Under the pieces are notes generated by a model. It was not told the origin of the DNA, searched no databases, and was given only the letters and a program-made list of their open reading frames with translations. Source: Eledone cirrhosa (Eukaryota). From it: a DNA stretch of 64,000 nucleotides. Positions 28,656 through 64,000 of the stretch are shown here, one piece after another. A program made the position numbers and the translations under genes. The stretch is taken from contig OZ024750.1 of assembly GCA_964016885.1 (NCBI GenBank), forward strand, positions 15,438,001-15,502,000, written 5' to 3'. Position 1 is the stretch's first letter. Each line of letters starts with the position of its first letter.

Positions 28656-29108
28656 TGTAGCGGTTGTCTCCCTTGTTTTGATTGGGATCTAGACGGGAAG
28701 TAGAACCCTTTCTGCAACTTCCGGTCAGAACCCTATAAAACTAACAACTTTAAGCTCTCATTCTCTCATTGCCTTTTCGGCACCAGGTCAAGAGCCTCTC
28801 ATTAGGCTCTGCCATTCATTTGGCCAACAGGCGCCTGGCCTTAGCCAGGCGTCCTCTGCCAGCCGCGTTTCAAACGGCAATCAAAACGGTAACTACTAAC
28901 TTTGCTTCATTCTAACATCTATTCCTTTGACATGTCAACTATACTATCTACCATTGTTAATTAAATATTATACACACAAACAATGTATTCCTTGTTACAT
29001 TCATACAACCCAGGCTCCCTTGTTTTGATTGGGATCTAGACGGGAAGTAGAGCCCTTTCTGCAACTTCCGGTCAGAACCCTATAAAAACAAGGGAGACAA
29101 CCGCTACA
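28656..29108 (+). mobile_element. Rearranged LTR with 24-bp perfect terminal inverted repeats
   Basis: LTR copy, then an internal duplication of its 5' part, then an inverted 5' end. TIR TGTAGCGGTTGTCTCCCTTGTTTT; TSD ACTA on both sides. Confidence 0.8.
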
Positions 29109-29537
29109 ACTACTTTAAGGGTAGCTCAGACTTGTCAAATCTACCCGTCGGACGGGGAGATCTCCCATCAACTTTGGGGTGGGTGAGAGATGTCTTCTCT
29201 TGTGAAAATAGGTATAGCTTTCGTTAAGTAAAATCTCCCCATTTTTCCCTCATTTCTCCCCGTTTGGGGCACTTTTTCGTGGTACTCCCCGTTTGGGTTG
29301 TTATTGGTTGACGGGTCTGGTAACGGTGTTCAACTAAGGTGTCCTCAACAGTAGTTAGGGGTGCAGCGATTTTTTTATAACTTATTATTATACAGTGTTT
29401 ACACAATAAGGTTGGCCCGTACCTTAAGCATTAGGATACACGTGTTTATGTACTTCTCAGCCGTTTACACGTCAAGTTAACGAGGAATTAGTTCAGTTAT
29501 TCATATAATCGAAACCGACGGAGGATCCATCAATATA

Positions 29538-29634
<97 letters not shown>

Positions 29635-30319
29635 ACACGGGTGTGTATGATTGTGTATAGAAGATTATATTAATAAAAAGAATTCCAACTTTGTCTGATT
29701 TACTCGTTTTATTTACAATCCTTTAAAATTTATAATGGTATTAGAATGAAATAGTATGGTATAATATTAAATGTTAAGTGTTATATATATATTTATATAC
29801 AGGGGCCTCATTTGCCTTAAACATGTGAGAGGGACAAACCAACATTTGTTGATTTTTAAAGGAGTATGATAGTATTGTTTATGGTGCCTTTCCCGGACCT
29901 TATCACTTAAGTAAAATTTTACACTAATTAAATTTTATATATTCAAATGAAATTCAGATATAAAAAAATAAGCTTAAAAAGAATTTATTATATCAAATAA
30001 ACAAAAAATAAAACAGACGTTTGAAAAAGTGGGGGACTTGTCTTCTGGTACTCCCTTGAAACAAAACCCTTGTATATACATATATTTGTGTGTGTGTGTG
30101 TGTGGAAAGAATTTCATTTTAACCCATCCCCTACCTCTTCGGACACACCCAAACCGTCAGCTTCTTTCTTTTCATTTCGTTTCGTTGCATTTTTTTTTGA
30201 GGGGGGGGGGGGGGGTATTTTCTTTTTTATTTTTATTTTTTCTCCTCTCTCTCTCTCTCGCTCTTTCTCTCGCTCTCGCTCTCTCTCTCTCATTCTCTCT
30301 CTCTCTCTCATTCTTTCTT

Positions 30320-30369
<50 letters not shown>

Positions 30370-30626
30370 ATTTTTCCTTTTTCCTCGGTTTCTCTCTTCC
30401 CTCTCCCGGATTATCTGTGGATTTCTAGCCCAAGTTTCCTATCTTTCTCGTCCACCTCTCGTTTTCCCTTTCTTTCTTTTCTTTCTCGATCCCTCATTCT
30501 TTCCTATATTTCTGCTCCCTTCTCAGTCTTTTCGTTCCAGCTTTCTCATTCTTCTCTTTCTATATTATTTTCTTCCTCATTCTCACATATATCTGTGTGT
30601 GCGCGTGTGTGTGTATATATATATAT

Positions 30627-31463
30627 GGCATTGGTAAAATATAACGTCCGGGAAAGTGAAACTAATTTTTATGACAAGTGAATGTGTTTGTTTTTTAGTA
30701 TTGCGTGTGTGATTATTTTTTCTTTTTCTTTTTTTGTGTATTGTGTGTACGGAAAATTATACTTACCTTATCAACATCCTATACTTACCTTATCAACATC
30801 CTTATTAGACCGTATAAATAGCTGAAATACAGTTGATCATCTCGCCAAATTTGTTGGCACCAACTCTCTGCCGCCAAAGAAATTCAGCTAAATACGAGGG
30901 GAATAAATCGTCGCTTGTCCCATGTTGTCGACGGAGCTTTTTCTTCGCACGGCTCCAAGTGTTCTCTATGAGTTGTGTGTGCACATTAGGGTCTTCAGGA
31001 TCGACAAAGTTCCGTTGGTGCACAACAACATCATGGAGGTAAATGCCACCTTGAATTTACTCAATATCTCTGACCCAAATCCTTTATCATTCTCTGTCCT
31101 TCTTATGACCCGGCCTTAATTTCTTTGGGGGACAGAAAGTTGGTGCCAACTTTGGCAAGATATTACAAAAACATCTAAACGATGATGATGACACAAACAC
31201 ATATATATATATATACAAACACACATATATATATATATACATACAGACACACATATATATACACACATATACACACCCACACATATATATATAAGAGAAA
31301 ATAATCACACACGCAATACTAATTAACACCATATCACTATAGAGACCTGTTGTAAATAAACAAACTGTATCGTAATTTTCAGTGTAAAAAAAAAAAAAAA
31401 AAACACATTCACTTGTCATAAAAATTAGTTTCACTTTCCCGGACGTTATATTTTACCAATGCC
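30627..31463 (-). mobile_element. Merlin (IS1595/ISXO2-like) DNA transposon, internally deleted
   Basis: About 60-bp TIRs starting GGCATTGGTAAAATATAACGTCCGGG; 9-bp TATATATAT flanks; transposase C-terminus VHTQLIENTWSRAKK...PSYLAEFLWR at 30805-31030. Confidence 0.88.
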
Positions 31464-31694
31464 TATATATATATATGTGTATGTATGTATGTATGTGTTT
31501 GTGTATGTGTGTGTGTGTACGTGTGTGTGTGCGTGTGTGTGTGAGAGAGAGTATGTCTGTATATGTGTATATATCTATATATATATATGTGTGTGTGTGT
31601 GTGTATGTGTTTGTGTGTGCGTGTGTGTGTGTGTGTGTATGTGTTTGTGTGTGCGTGTGTGTGTGTGAGAGAGAGAGTATGTCTGTATATGTAG

Positions 31695-31742
<48 letters not shown>

Positions 31743-32329
31743 AAGAGAGAGAGAGGGGGGGTGAAATCGAAAGTAAGGACAATATAAACCAGGAACATCA
31801 TCAACTGTTTTATACGACTGCAAAATTTCGGACACTTAATAGGGAGGGACTACTAGTCCGACAGGGTACAACAAAGTTAAAAACTATCATAATACTGTCT
31901 GGTAATAAACATGGAGACATGTAAACAAGAGAAAAGGAAGAACAACTGGATGGAGAACAAAGATATCGGACGTGATACTAAATGACGATGCCAAATATCT
32001 TGCGTCGTGATCTGATGATGTAAGCAGGCCATAGAAATACGTATTGTGAGTTGTGCAACATCTAAAGAATGTTTGGAATCCGGCCTTCTGTTTTCATTGA
32101 AGTATTTAACTCTGTTTCTGCATCAACCACGAGATACCATATCTACGCTGGATGGTTTACATAACGTTGATTGTTTTTTTTAATAGCATTATGGTATGTT
32201 AATAGGAATGATCAGATCTACCCATTAGTTGAACCATTCAACATAAATGATACATATGTGTATGTATGTATGTATGTATGTATGCATGTTTTCTCTTTCC
32301 CTTAATTTCGAGTATATTTTTTTGACCGG

Positions 32330-33680
32330 CCACCTTCCTGGTGGCAAGGTTGTAAAAGAAAAGAAATTGTCATCCCTTGAATCGTAAGAATGTTTTGCAA
32401 ATTTTGAAGGTGCCAGCTATCGCAGCCATTTGTAGACTATGAATTAGGGAGCTGCGCTTTTTGTCCGCAAATCCAAGTTCAGTCATACTTTGGTCCAAGC
32501 GGGTTGGTATATAACCCGTAGCACCAATAATGATGGGTATGAAGCTAAAGGTGTATCTTGGATACTGGATTTGTAAACTCCTCATCAATGGTCCGTAGAT
32601 GTCCTCCTTCTCCTGTATTTTTCTGACAACGTTTACATCAAGTGGGCAGCTGATCTCCACAACAGAACACGTTTATGTATGTATGTATGTATGTATGTAT
32701 GTATGTACGTATGTATGTATGTATGTATGGATGGATGTATGTATGTATGTTCTTTTCGGGTAGTGTTTTTGATGCTCAGAGAGTGGGATTGGTCGAGTGC
32801 AAGGTCTTTCCCCATTTAAAAAACCTTCAAAGCACAGGCATTGCTTGTTCAGGATATGTTACAGGTTTGTGTGGCTGGCTGTAGCAGAGTATGCAGCCAT
32901 CATGTATGTATGTATGTATGCATGTTCTTCTGGTTTTATAATTTCACAAAGTTTTGCCAATAGAGAGAGAGTCGGTTTCTAACATAGTTACAAGACTCTC
33001 TCATTAGAATTTACACAACATCAACTAGGTAGATATGTATGCATGCATGTGTAGATATGGATGTTATTGTATGTGTGGATGTGGATGTTTTGAGTTGTAT
33101 GTGTACATGTGCATACGCTTTGTATCTGTACATGTGTATATGCAGTTATTAGATGCACAATTTTTGGAATGTTTTACATATTTTTACTGTTCCATTAATG
33201 GATTGTACTTGTAATATCCTAACTAGTTGTGTTCTTTCTGTTTCTATGAAGCCTAGCTTCTCAAGATTTGTATTGAGGCAGTTACTAACATACCCCAGTG
33301 CCCCAATAATCACAGGCATAAATCTGAAGGTGTAATCAGGGTGGAGTATCTGCAGATTTCTCATCGGTTCTGCATAAATATTCTCCTTTTCGCTAATCTT
33401 TGATATTATATTGGCATCTGCTGGGCGGCTAACTTCCACTACTGTGCATGCCTTCTTTTCTCTGTCCCATGTATGTATGTATGTATGTATGTATGTATGT
33501 ATGTATGTATGAATGTATGTATGTATGTATGTATGTATGTATGTATGTATGAAAGGTTATGTCATATTGTTGCATTATTTCCAAACACCTTATTGGCGGG
33601 AGCAGAAGTAAATATCGATTTATTAAATATAACATTATTTGGAATACGTTCAAAACTATTTTCTTAGAGGACAACAATAA
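32330..33680 (-). mobile_element. Cluster of R4/Dong/NeSL-like RLE LINE 3' fragments interleaved with (TACA)n
   Basis: Two paralogous EISCP...EK...Y..L...PIIIGA.G endonuclease C-termini (32370-32670, 33149-33470) plus short upstream pieces. Confidence 0.75.
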
Positions 33681-33877
33681 TCAACTGGATCCAGTCGAGT
33701 GATATATTGATTTTATCGTAGATAGCGGTGTGGGGGTGCTATAATTTGGGAGAATAAGGAACAATGTATAATATCGATCCCAGCACTTGGTTGATACCTA
33801 TTTTATGGACTCTGGAAGTATCAAGAGCAAATCATTTCCAGTTGAATTTAAACTGACACCATAGAAATCAAATACTC

Positions 33878-34094
33878 TAAAAGGCCATTATGGAAGGCCA
33901 GATACCACAAACGGTTAATATGGAAGGCCAGATATCATAAGAGGGCAATATGAAGGGCCATATATCATAAAAGGCCATTATGGGGGGCCAGATACCATAA
34001 AAGGTTAATATGGAATGCCAGATAGATATCATAAAAGGGCAATATGAAGGACCATATATCATGAATGGTTAATATAGAAGGCCAGATACCATAA
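33878..34094. repeat. About 30-bp degenerate minisatellite
   Basis: AAGGCCATTATGGAAGGCCAGATACCATAA-like units. Confidence 0.85.
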
Positions 34095-34326
34095 ATTAAA
34101 TAACAGATTAAAGTTTAAGCAAAGAATCGCTGCTTTCACCCTTAACGGGATCTTCTGAAGATCCCGTTAAGGGTGAAAGCAGCGATTCTTTGCTTAAACT
34201 TTAATCTGTTATTTTAATAAATATATATGTGTGTGTGTGTGTCTAATCATAGTTTTTTTTTCCTGTCATTCATAAATTTCTCCACAGCACAATTCCGCCA
34301 ACTTATTTACGCCAACAGATTCAAAG

Positions 34327-57038
<22,712 letters not shown>

Positions 57039-57261
57039 GTAATGAATCGGACATGATCAACCATTGATGAAGCTCCTGATTTTTTTTTTTCTTTACACAC
57101 AGACATTATCCATCTGATCTCATTTTGTACATATGTTACTCTGAGTGGTAAGATCAAAAAATCCGAAATGTCCAAATGTCGAAATTTAATTTTGACACAG
57201 GTTATCATTTTTTAATGAGAAAAAAAAATTAGCTTGTGTATGCCGTCCCAAACTTTAATAA

Positions 57262-58160
57262 TAATTGTTTCTACTTTAGGCACAAGGCCAGCAAATTACC
57301 CAGTGTATTACTGGTACTTTATTTTATCGACCCCGTAAGGATGAAAGGCAAAGTCAACCTTAATATTATTTAATAACTGTTTCTACTTTTGGCTTGCATT
57401 TATCCAGTGCATGACTGGTACTTTATTTTATCTACCTCGTAAGGATGAAAAGCAAAGTTAACCTTGGCGGGATTTGAACTTAATATTATTTAATAATTGT
57501 TTCTACTTTTGGCACAAGGCCAGCAATTACCCAGTGCATTACTGGTACTTTATTTTATCGACCCCGTAAGGATGAAAGGCAAAGTTAACCTTGGCGGGAT
57601 TTGAACTCAGACCGTAAAGGGACGTAACTATGCTGGAAAGCATGGCGTCCGACCTTCTACTGATACTGAATATTATTTTAGACATGGAAAAGTCTAAAAT
57701 AATTATAATCTAGAATTTATGTGAGAAAAAACTCGATAAAAATATCCGGCATGATGTAACGATATTATCAGAAATTGGTAGTATCGGTAGAGGGTTGGAT
57801 GCCATGCTTTGCAGCATAGAATTACGGCCCTTTACACTTTGAGTTCAAATCCCGCCGTGGTTAACTTTGCCTTTCATCCTTACGGGGGGTCGATAAAATA
57901 AAGCACCAGTAATGCACTGGGGTAATGCACTGGGATAATTGCTGGCCTTGTGCCAAAAATAGAAACAATTATCATAAGTAGAACTATATTTCATTCGGTG
58001 GATTGGCAATATCGGTAGAGCGTCGTTACCATGCTCCGTGGCATAGAGTTTCGGCCCTTTACGTTCGGAGTTCAAATCCTGCCGACGTTAGCTTCGCCTT
58101 CCATCCTTACAGGGTCGATAAAATAAAGTACCAGTAATGTACTGGGTCGATTTAATCGAC
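57262..58160. mobile_element. Cluster of five SINE copies (three minus, two plus) downstream of ENT
   Basis: Repeated SINE core sequence. Confidence 0.85.
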
Positions 58161-58169
58161 TTTATATAT

Positions 58170-59490
58170 AATGAAATTATTGTGTACAGTGCTCAGGTGC
58201 ACTACAACTCGTCAAAGGTGTATGTATAGTACATAGAATAATACACAAATGTCAGGGAAGTGAATAGTGTATGAGTCATGATATACATGTGTGTATGTGT
58301 ATGGAGGGGGAACATTAGGTGTAGTGTTGGCGAATCTCGGGAAGCATGGAGGCCTTAAAGGATGCAGTGTCTCGACAGCTAACAACTGATGCAGGTAGTT
58401 TATTCCATGGAGGTTTTAAAGGATGCAGTGTCTCGACAGCTAACAACTGGTGCAGGGAGTTTGTTCCATGCTTCAGCAACTCTGAGCGTGAAAAAATATT
58501 TCCGAAAGTCATGGTAACTGTACTGCTTTCTGACTTTGTGGGCATGCCCACGTGTGTTAGACACATGGAAATCAAAAAGGTACTCATGGTTGTTGTTGGC
58601 AAGATGGTTAACAATTTTGTGGGTGTTTACCAAGTCAGTTGCCAGGCGTCGGAGCTTCAATGTATCCATGCCCAGGGAAGCAAGGCGCTCAGAGTATGGT
58701 AGATGCTTAATGGAGGGTGTTCGCTTGGTTGCACGTCTCTGAACAGTTTCCAGGCGGTCAATGTTCTGAGCAAGATAGGGGTTCCAGACTGGTGATGCAA
58801 ATTCTAAGTGTGGCCGCACCATAGCGATGTACATACAGCCTTAAATAGATAGCTGGAGAGCGGCTGACAAAGGGCTTGCTGAGTGATGCTAAGATACCCT
58901 CGGCCCTCTTGACAATTTTAGAGACGTGCTTCGTCCAACGCAAATCGCTGCTGACCGTAATGCCCAGGTCACGTTCACAAGAAGACTTCTTGATATTAGT
59001 GCTGTGGAGGGAGTATGTGGACGCTGGGTTTTTACTCCCAAAATGCATGGTGGTGCACTTGTCCACAGCCAGCTTGAGTTGCCAGTCTGAGATCCATTGT
59101 TGCATTGTGTCCAGGTCAGACTGCAAGCAAGATCTATAGTGTTCAGGATCTGTCCTTTTTATCTCAAGGTACAGCTTGATGTCATCTGCGTACTTTAGTA
59201 CTGTGGAATTCTTTAAGTGATGTCTTCAAGAAACTCGATAAGTTGATCACAGCAGCTGGAGTTGGGGATAAATCCAAATTGCGAGGGCCGGATAAGACTG
59301 TGAGAGTTCCAGAAGCTCCAAGGTATTTCTCTGACACAGGATTCCATCAGTTTGGCAATGCAACTAGTAAGACTGACTGGACGATAGTTCACAGGTGATG
59401 TGCGGTCACCCTTTTTGAACAAAGGAATGACACTGGCAGTTTTCCACTGTTCTGGAATAGCACCGTTGTTCAGACAGAATTGGAAGATAA
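58170..59490 (-). mobile_element. CR1-like LINE, 5'-truncated and internally deleted
   Basis: FKKGDRTSPVNYRPVSLTSCIAK, LKYADD, VRPHLEFASPVWNPY, FFTLRVAEAWNKLP; 3' UTR. Another 3' copy at about 61380-61795 and a tail at about 3850-3925. Confidence 0.88.
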
Positions 59491-60021
59491 ATGGTGCAGA
59501 AGGAAGTACCCACCACGTTTAAGAAGCAGGTACTTTCTCGCTCCCCTTGTGCCTAAAGTAGAAACCATTATTTTCTCATAATTGAGGAATTTTTTGCAGT
59601 TTTTTTTTGTTCCCGCTCTTTACATTTTGAGTTCCAATCCTGCCGAGGTGAACTTTACCTTTCATCTTCCTGAGGCCGATACAATAAATTACCGGTAAAT
59701 TACTGGAGTCGATATAACAGACTTCCACCCCTTCTCCCGCAAATTGCTGGCCGTGTGCCAAAATAAAAAATTATTATTTTCTCACAATTGCTCAATTTAT
59801 TTTATTCCCATAAAAATTTTTTTAAAAATCATACATATTCACTTTACATATTTCCCGGCGTCCTCGAGGACGCACACTAATTTTGACAACCAAAGCTTTG
59901 AAAAAAAAAAAATAATAATAATAAACAACCTTCGGCCTCCAGGACGCATGATAGATTTTTGAGACTTATTTTAGGAAAAAAGTAGCGTCTTCGACGCCGA
60001 GAAATACGGTATGTTCTATAT

Positions 60022-60187
60022 CAGGGTTTACCAAACGTTTTCAAACGCGGAATCCTTTTTGGTTCAAAAACCTTTGTCGGAACCCCAAAGTCTAATACTG
60101 TTATATGGTCGAAATATAAATATACTCCTCTACCTTTTTTCACGAACCCCAGACACTCCTTTGCAGAACACATTTTGGGAAACACAG
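60022..60187. mobile_element. hAT MITE
   Basis: CAGGGTTTACCAAA...TTTGGGAAACACAG; 8-bp TSD TTCTATAT/TTCCATAT. Confidence 0.65.
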
Positions 60188-60344
60188 TTCCATATAAGTA
60201 GAAACCACATAGAATTTATACAAATGACTTCTGAGACTTTGTTTCTACATTGAAATACTGATTGTTTTTAATGTCGTCTGCTATTTTTGGAATCACCATT
60301 TAGTATTTCAAATAGTACGAAAGCAAACTCTGTGACTGAGTGAA

Positions 60345-60427
<83 letters not shown>

Positions 60428-60514
60428 GCGTGTGCGTGTGTGCATGTGTGCATGTTTGTGTGTATGGATGTATGTGTATCTGTGTGTGTGTAGTTTAAAG
60501 GAACGTACTGTATG

Positions 60515-60790
60515 CAGTGTGGAGGCACGTGGCCTAGTTGTAAGGGTGTTGGACTTACGATCATGATTTCATGGGTTCGATTCCTGAGTTGCGTGTTGTG
60601 TTCTTAAGCAAAACACTTCATTTCACGTTGCTCCAGTATACTCAGCTGAAAATGAGTACCAGCAATAGCTGGGGGTTTAATCCTGCGATGGATTGGCGTC
60701 CTGTCCAGGGGGGAGTCTTGTACTCTCAGTCGCTTCACGCCATGAAACCGGGATAACCACCGACCAAATGAGCCTTCTGGCTTAAGATAA
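60515..60790 (+). mobile_element. CORE-type tRNA-derived SINE
   Basis: GTGGCCTAGTTG..GGTTCGATTCC head and TT(G/A)AGCAA(G/A)ACACTT core; a shorter copy lies at about 7570-7690. Confidence 0.65.
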
Positions 60791-61379
60791 ACTTTAGACT
60801 GTGTGCAGTATACGATAAATTCTTAATTTATTGAAACTACGCTCTCAGACGAGAAGAGAAACGAAAATCTAGTAGATGTCGTTATTACCTCTGAAGAAAA
60901 AAGAGAGATATTACTGAAAAGCAAGATATTCTTGAAAAGTACAAAACAGCACGCTTTATGACTGCATCACATTCGACCCTTGTGGCCAATAAATGAAACC
61001 ATTTATGACTGCATCACATTATACATTTAAGTTTTTTCCCTAATACTGCCAATTTTCATAAACTTCTACAATCCATTAAAAAAGTGCCCCAAAACGGGGA
61101 GAAATGAGGCAAAATGGGGAAATTTTACATAATGAAAGCTATATCCATTTTGACAAGAGAAGACATCTCTCAACCACCCCAAAATGGGTGGGAGATCTCC
61201 GCCGTCGGACGGGGAGAGTTGACAGGTATGTATTTAATTATTGTCGTGAGAATAAAAGATGTTAGTGAAAAGTCAATGTTGTTTTAATGTTTCCGGTAAG
61301 AATGGTAGACAATACAAGACATGTAGAAATGATATAATAGTATATTAAATATCAAATGATACATATTATATATAAATAT

Positions 61380-61795
61380 AATAATATAATAATAATAATG
61401 AAATTATTGTATACAGTGCTCAGGTGCACTACAACTCATCAAAGGTGTATGTATAGTACATAGAATAATATACAGATGTCGGGGAAGTGAATAGTGTATG
61501 GGTCATGATATACATGTGTGCGTGTGTATGGGGGGGGAATATTAATTGTAGTGTTGGCGAATCTCAGGAAGCATGGAGGTTTTAAAGGATGCAGTGTCTC
61601 GACAGCTAATAACTGATGCAGGTAGTTTGTTCCATGCTTCAGCAACTCTGAGCGTGAAAAAATGTTTCAGAAAGTCATGGGAGCTGTGCTGTTTTCTGAC
61701 TTTGTGGGCATGCCCACGTGTGTTAGACACATGGAAATCAAAAAGGTACTCAGGGTTGTTGTTGGCAAGATGGTTAATAATTTTGTGGGTGTTTA
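61380..61795 (-). mobile_element. CR1-like LINE 3' end
   Basis: Near-identical to 58170-58625; (ATT)n tail. Confidence 0.8.
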
Positions 61796-62656
61796 GTAAA
61801 ATAAAAACTATATAATATTTATTTATACATAGTATATATTATATTATTTATATATAAATTAACGATTTTATTTATTATATATTATTTAGTTCAAATCCCG
61901 CCGATGTTAACTTTGCCTTTCATCCTTACGAGGTCGATAGAATAAAGTACCAGTAATGTACTGGGATGATTGCTGGCCTCATGCCAAAAATAGAAACAAT
62001 TATTATTTACAGCATAGTTATAGCCGTTTACGATCTGAGTTCAAATCCCAATGAGTTTAACTTTGCCTTTCATCCTTACGAGGTCGATAAAATAAAGTAC
62101 CAGTAATGCACTGGGGTAATTGCTAGCCTTGTGCCAAAAATAGAAACAATTATATATTATTTACAATTTGCGTGTAGGTAGGTCTCTCTGGAAATAGGGG
62201 TGGGGGCGCTGGTGGTATTACGTGGCCGTGAGGGTTAGGGTACAAAGGTTTGAGAATCTCTGCCATAGATTTAAGGTGTTTAAGCCGTTATAGAATTAAT
62301 GCATTGGACTACATTAATGTATACTCTTTTAACTGGAGATAAAAAAACATTTTCTTTTTAGGATCGAAGTACACGTCCTTATAACTTCTAGTAACCAATA
62401 TTACGCGATAACATGTCTTATTGCCATTGCTACTTATTATTATTTTATATCAATCATTTTATCTTTCTTTCTTGTTGCTTCTTCTCGTCTTCACATTATC
62501 TTTATTCTTACCTACTTAAGTTGTTTTCTATCTCCTGTACCTCCCCCTCTTTCTCTCGCTCTCTCTCTCTCTCTCTATCTATCTATCTATATATATATAT
62601 TTCGTTTCTGAATTTGTTTAGCAAGATTCTTTATCTGAAATCGTGTGTTGAAACCG

Positions 62657-63218
62657 ATATTGTTATACTTTGGGAGGGTCATGTTGCCAATAAGAAACAC
62701 ACGCACCAGTTGCTTTCACTTCAATTTATTATATATTTATAAATTTATAAATTTATAAATTTATAAATTTCTGCTTGGTTGGTTGGTTCCACAACCAGAT
62801 AGTTGTTTATATATAGTCATAGGACAATTAAGGACAAAATGGAAACACACACACACATAGAACAAACAACCAACCAGTAACATGTAAATAAACAAATAAA
62901 TAAATGACCATAAACACACACAGACACCCGGATGTGGCGCATGCGCAGACTGAGCACACAACACACACACAGAAACAAAATGGCGTAGGACAGAACAAAG
63001 GAGAGGCACAGAAACAAAGAAAGGAATCCCCAGTCACTGAAGAGGTCACAGAGTGTGTGACGAAAGAACTATGACTATATATAAACAACTATCTGGTTGT
63101 GGAACCAACCAACCAACCAGAAATTTAGAAATTTAGAAATTTATAAATATATAATAAATTGAAGTGAAAGCAACTGGTGCGTGTGTTTCTTATTGGCAAC
63201 ATGACCCTCCCAAAGTAT

Positions 63219-63226
<8 letters not shown>
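62657..63226. repeat. About 165-bp inverted-repeat element (TGTTATA...TATAACA) with a ~245-bp spacer
   Basis: 62657-62822 is the reverse complement of 63068-63226; a related end starts at about 63916. Confidence 0.85.
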
Positions 63227-63250
<24 letters not shown>

Positions 63251-63654
63251 GTATGTACACGTACATACATATATGTATACAGACGCACAGTAGTATGTAT
63301 ATATATATACATACATGCACACATATACACATGTACGTATGGATTCACCGAACATTCATTATAATGCTCGGTGTGTTTGTAAACAAACATCCCGTATTAA
63401 GCCGTAGTGTCCAGCAACCATCGTTGCTCGTTTGTTCAACACTGACAAAGGAACGCTGTACTAGTTTCAAGCTTATTAGCTATCGTCAGCAACGTATACC
63501 TTCCTGCCAGATTGTTGAACGTATATAGTTACCTTATGCATATATATACATACTACTGTACGTCTGTATACATATATGTATGTACGTGTACATACTTATA
63601 TTTAAGTAACAGCCATACTAAGAGTGGGAAATGAAATTTCGTTTCATTTTTTGC

Positions 63655-63693
<39 letters not shown>

Positions 63694-63772
63694 GTAAACA
63701 GAAATAACAACACAATCGGTACAGTATATGGAAGGGATATATTAGGTTAATTCTTGATATAGTAGGAAGAAA

Positions 63773-63810
63773 TTCTTAACGTTTCGGACGCTAGTCCTTC
63801 ATCAGAAGAA
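63773..63810 (-). ncRNA. Minimal (dimer-type) Penelope hammerhead ribozyme
   Basis: UUCUU-CUGAUGA-A-GGAC UAGC GUCC-GAAACGUU-AAGAA; stem III reduced to the palindrome AACGUU. Confidence 0.75.
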
Positions 63811-64000
63811 AGAATGAGAAATAAGATAGATTGAGGGGACGGGCGGCTTGGAATTGGAAAAAATGTCTAACAGGTCCATTCATGTTGACATCTCTTGCAA
63901 ATGTATATATATATATTGTTATATCTGGGGAGGGTCATATTGTTGTAATAATATTGCCAGAATTAATAACAGAACACATTCACTGTTTCGTTGGTTTTCG

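Overview
AT-rich, microsatellite-saturated eukaryotic DNA. The SINE families and repeat landscape resemble an octopod cephalopod (inference). Two protein-coding genes lie on the + strand. (1) PGAP4/TMEM246 (GPI-GalNAc transferase), with one large coding exon at about 22522-23814 and an unresolved start. (2) A divergent equilibrative nucleoside transporter (SLC29/ENT), rebuilt by hand from 14 GT-AG exons (34327-57038) with every intron phase consistent, giving 466 aa. The rest is transposon-derived: dozens of tRNA-derived SINEs (two amplified into tandem arrays), solo LTRs with 4-bp TSDs, CRE-, R4/Dong-, RTE- and CR1-like LINE fragments, Merlin, mariner, Tc1, hAT and Helitron relics, minisatellites and a 200-N gap. 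The most notable signal is a set of sequence-unrelated type I hammerhead ribozyme folds of Penelope-pLTR type. Most sit in fold-back palindromes next to (TA)n tracts. Several share an atypical U·U or mismatch at the base of stem II, NUU cleavage triplets and palindromic (dimer-type) stem III. A solo LTR rearranged into a perfect-TIR element is also present. Most short ORFs in the supplied track are microsatellite artefacts. Repeat boundaries are approximate unless a TSD is given.
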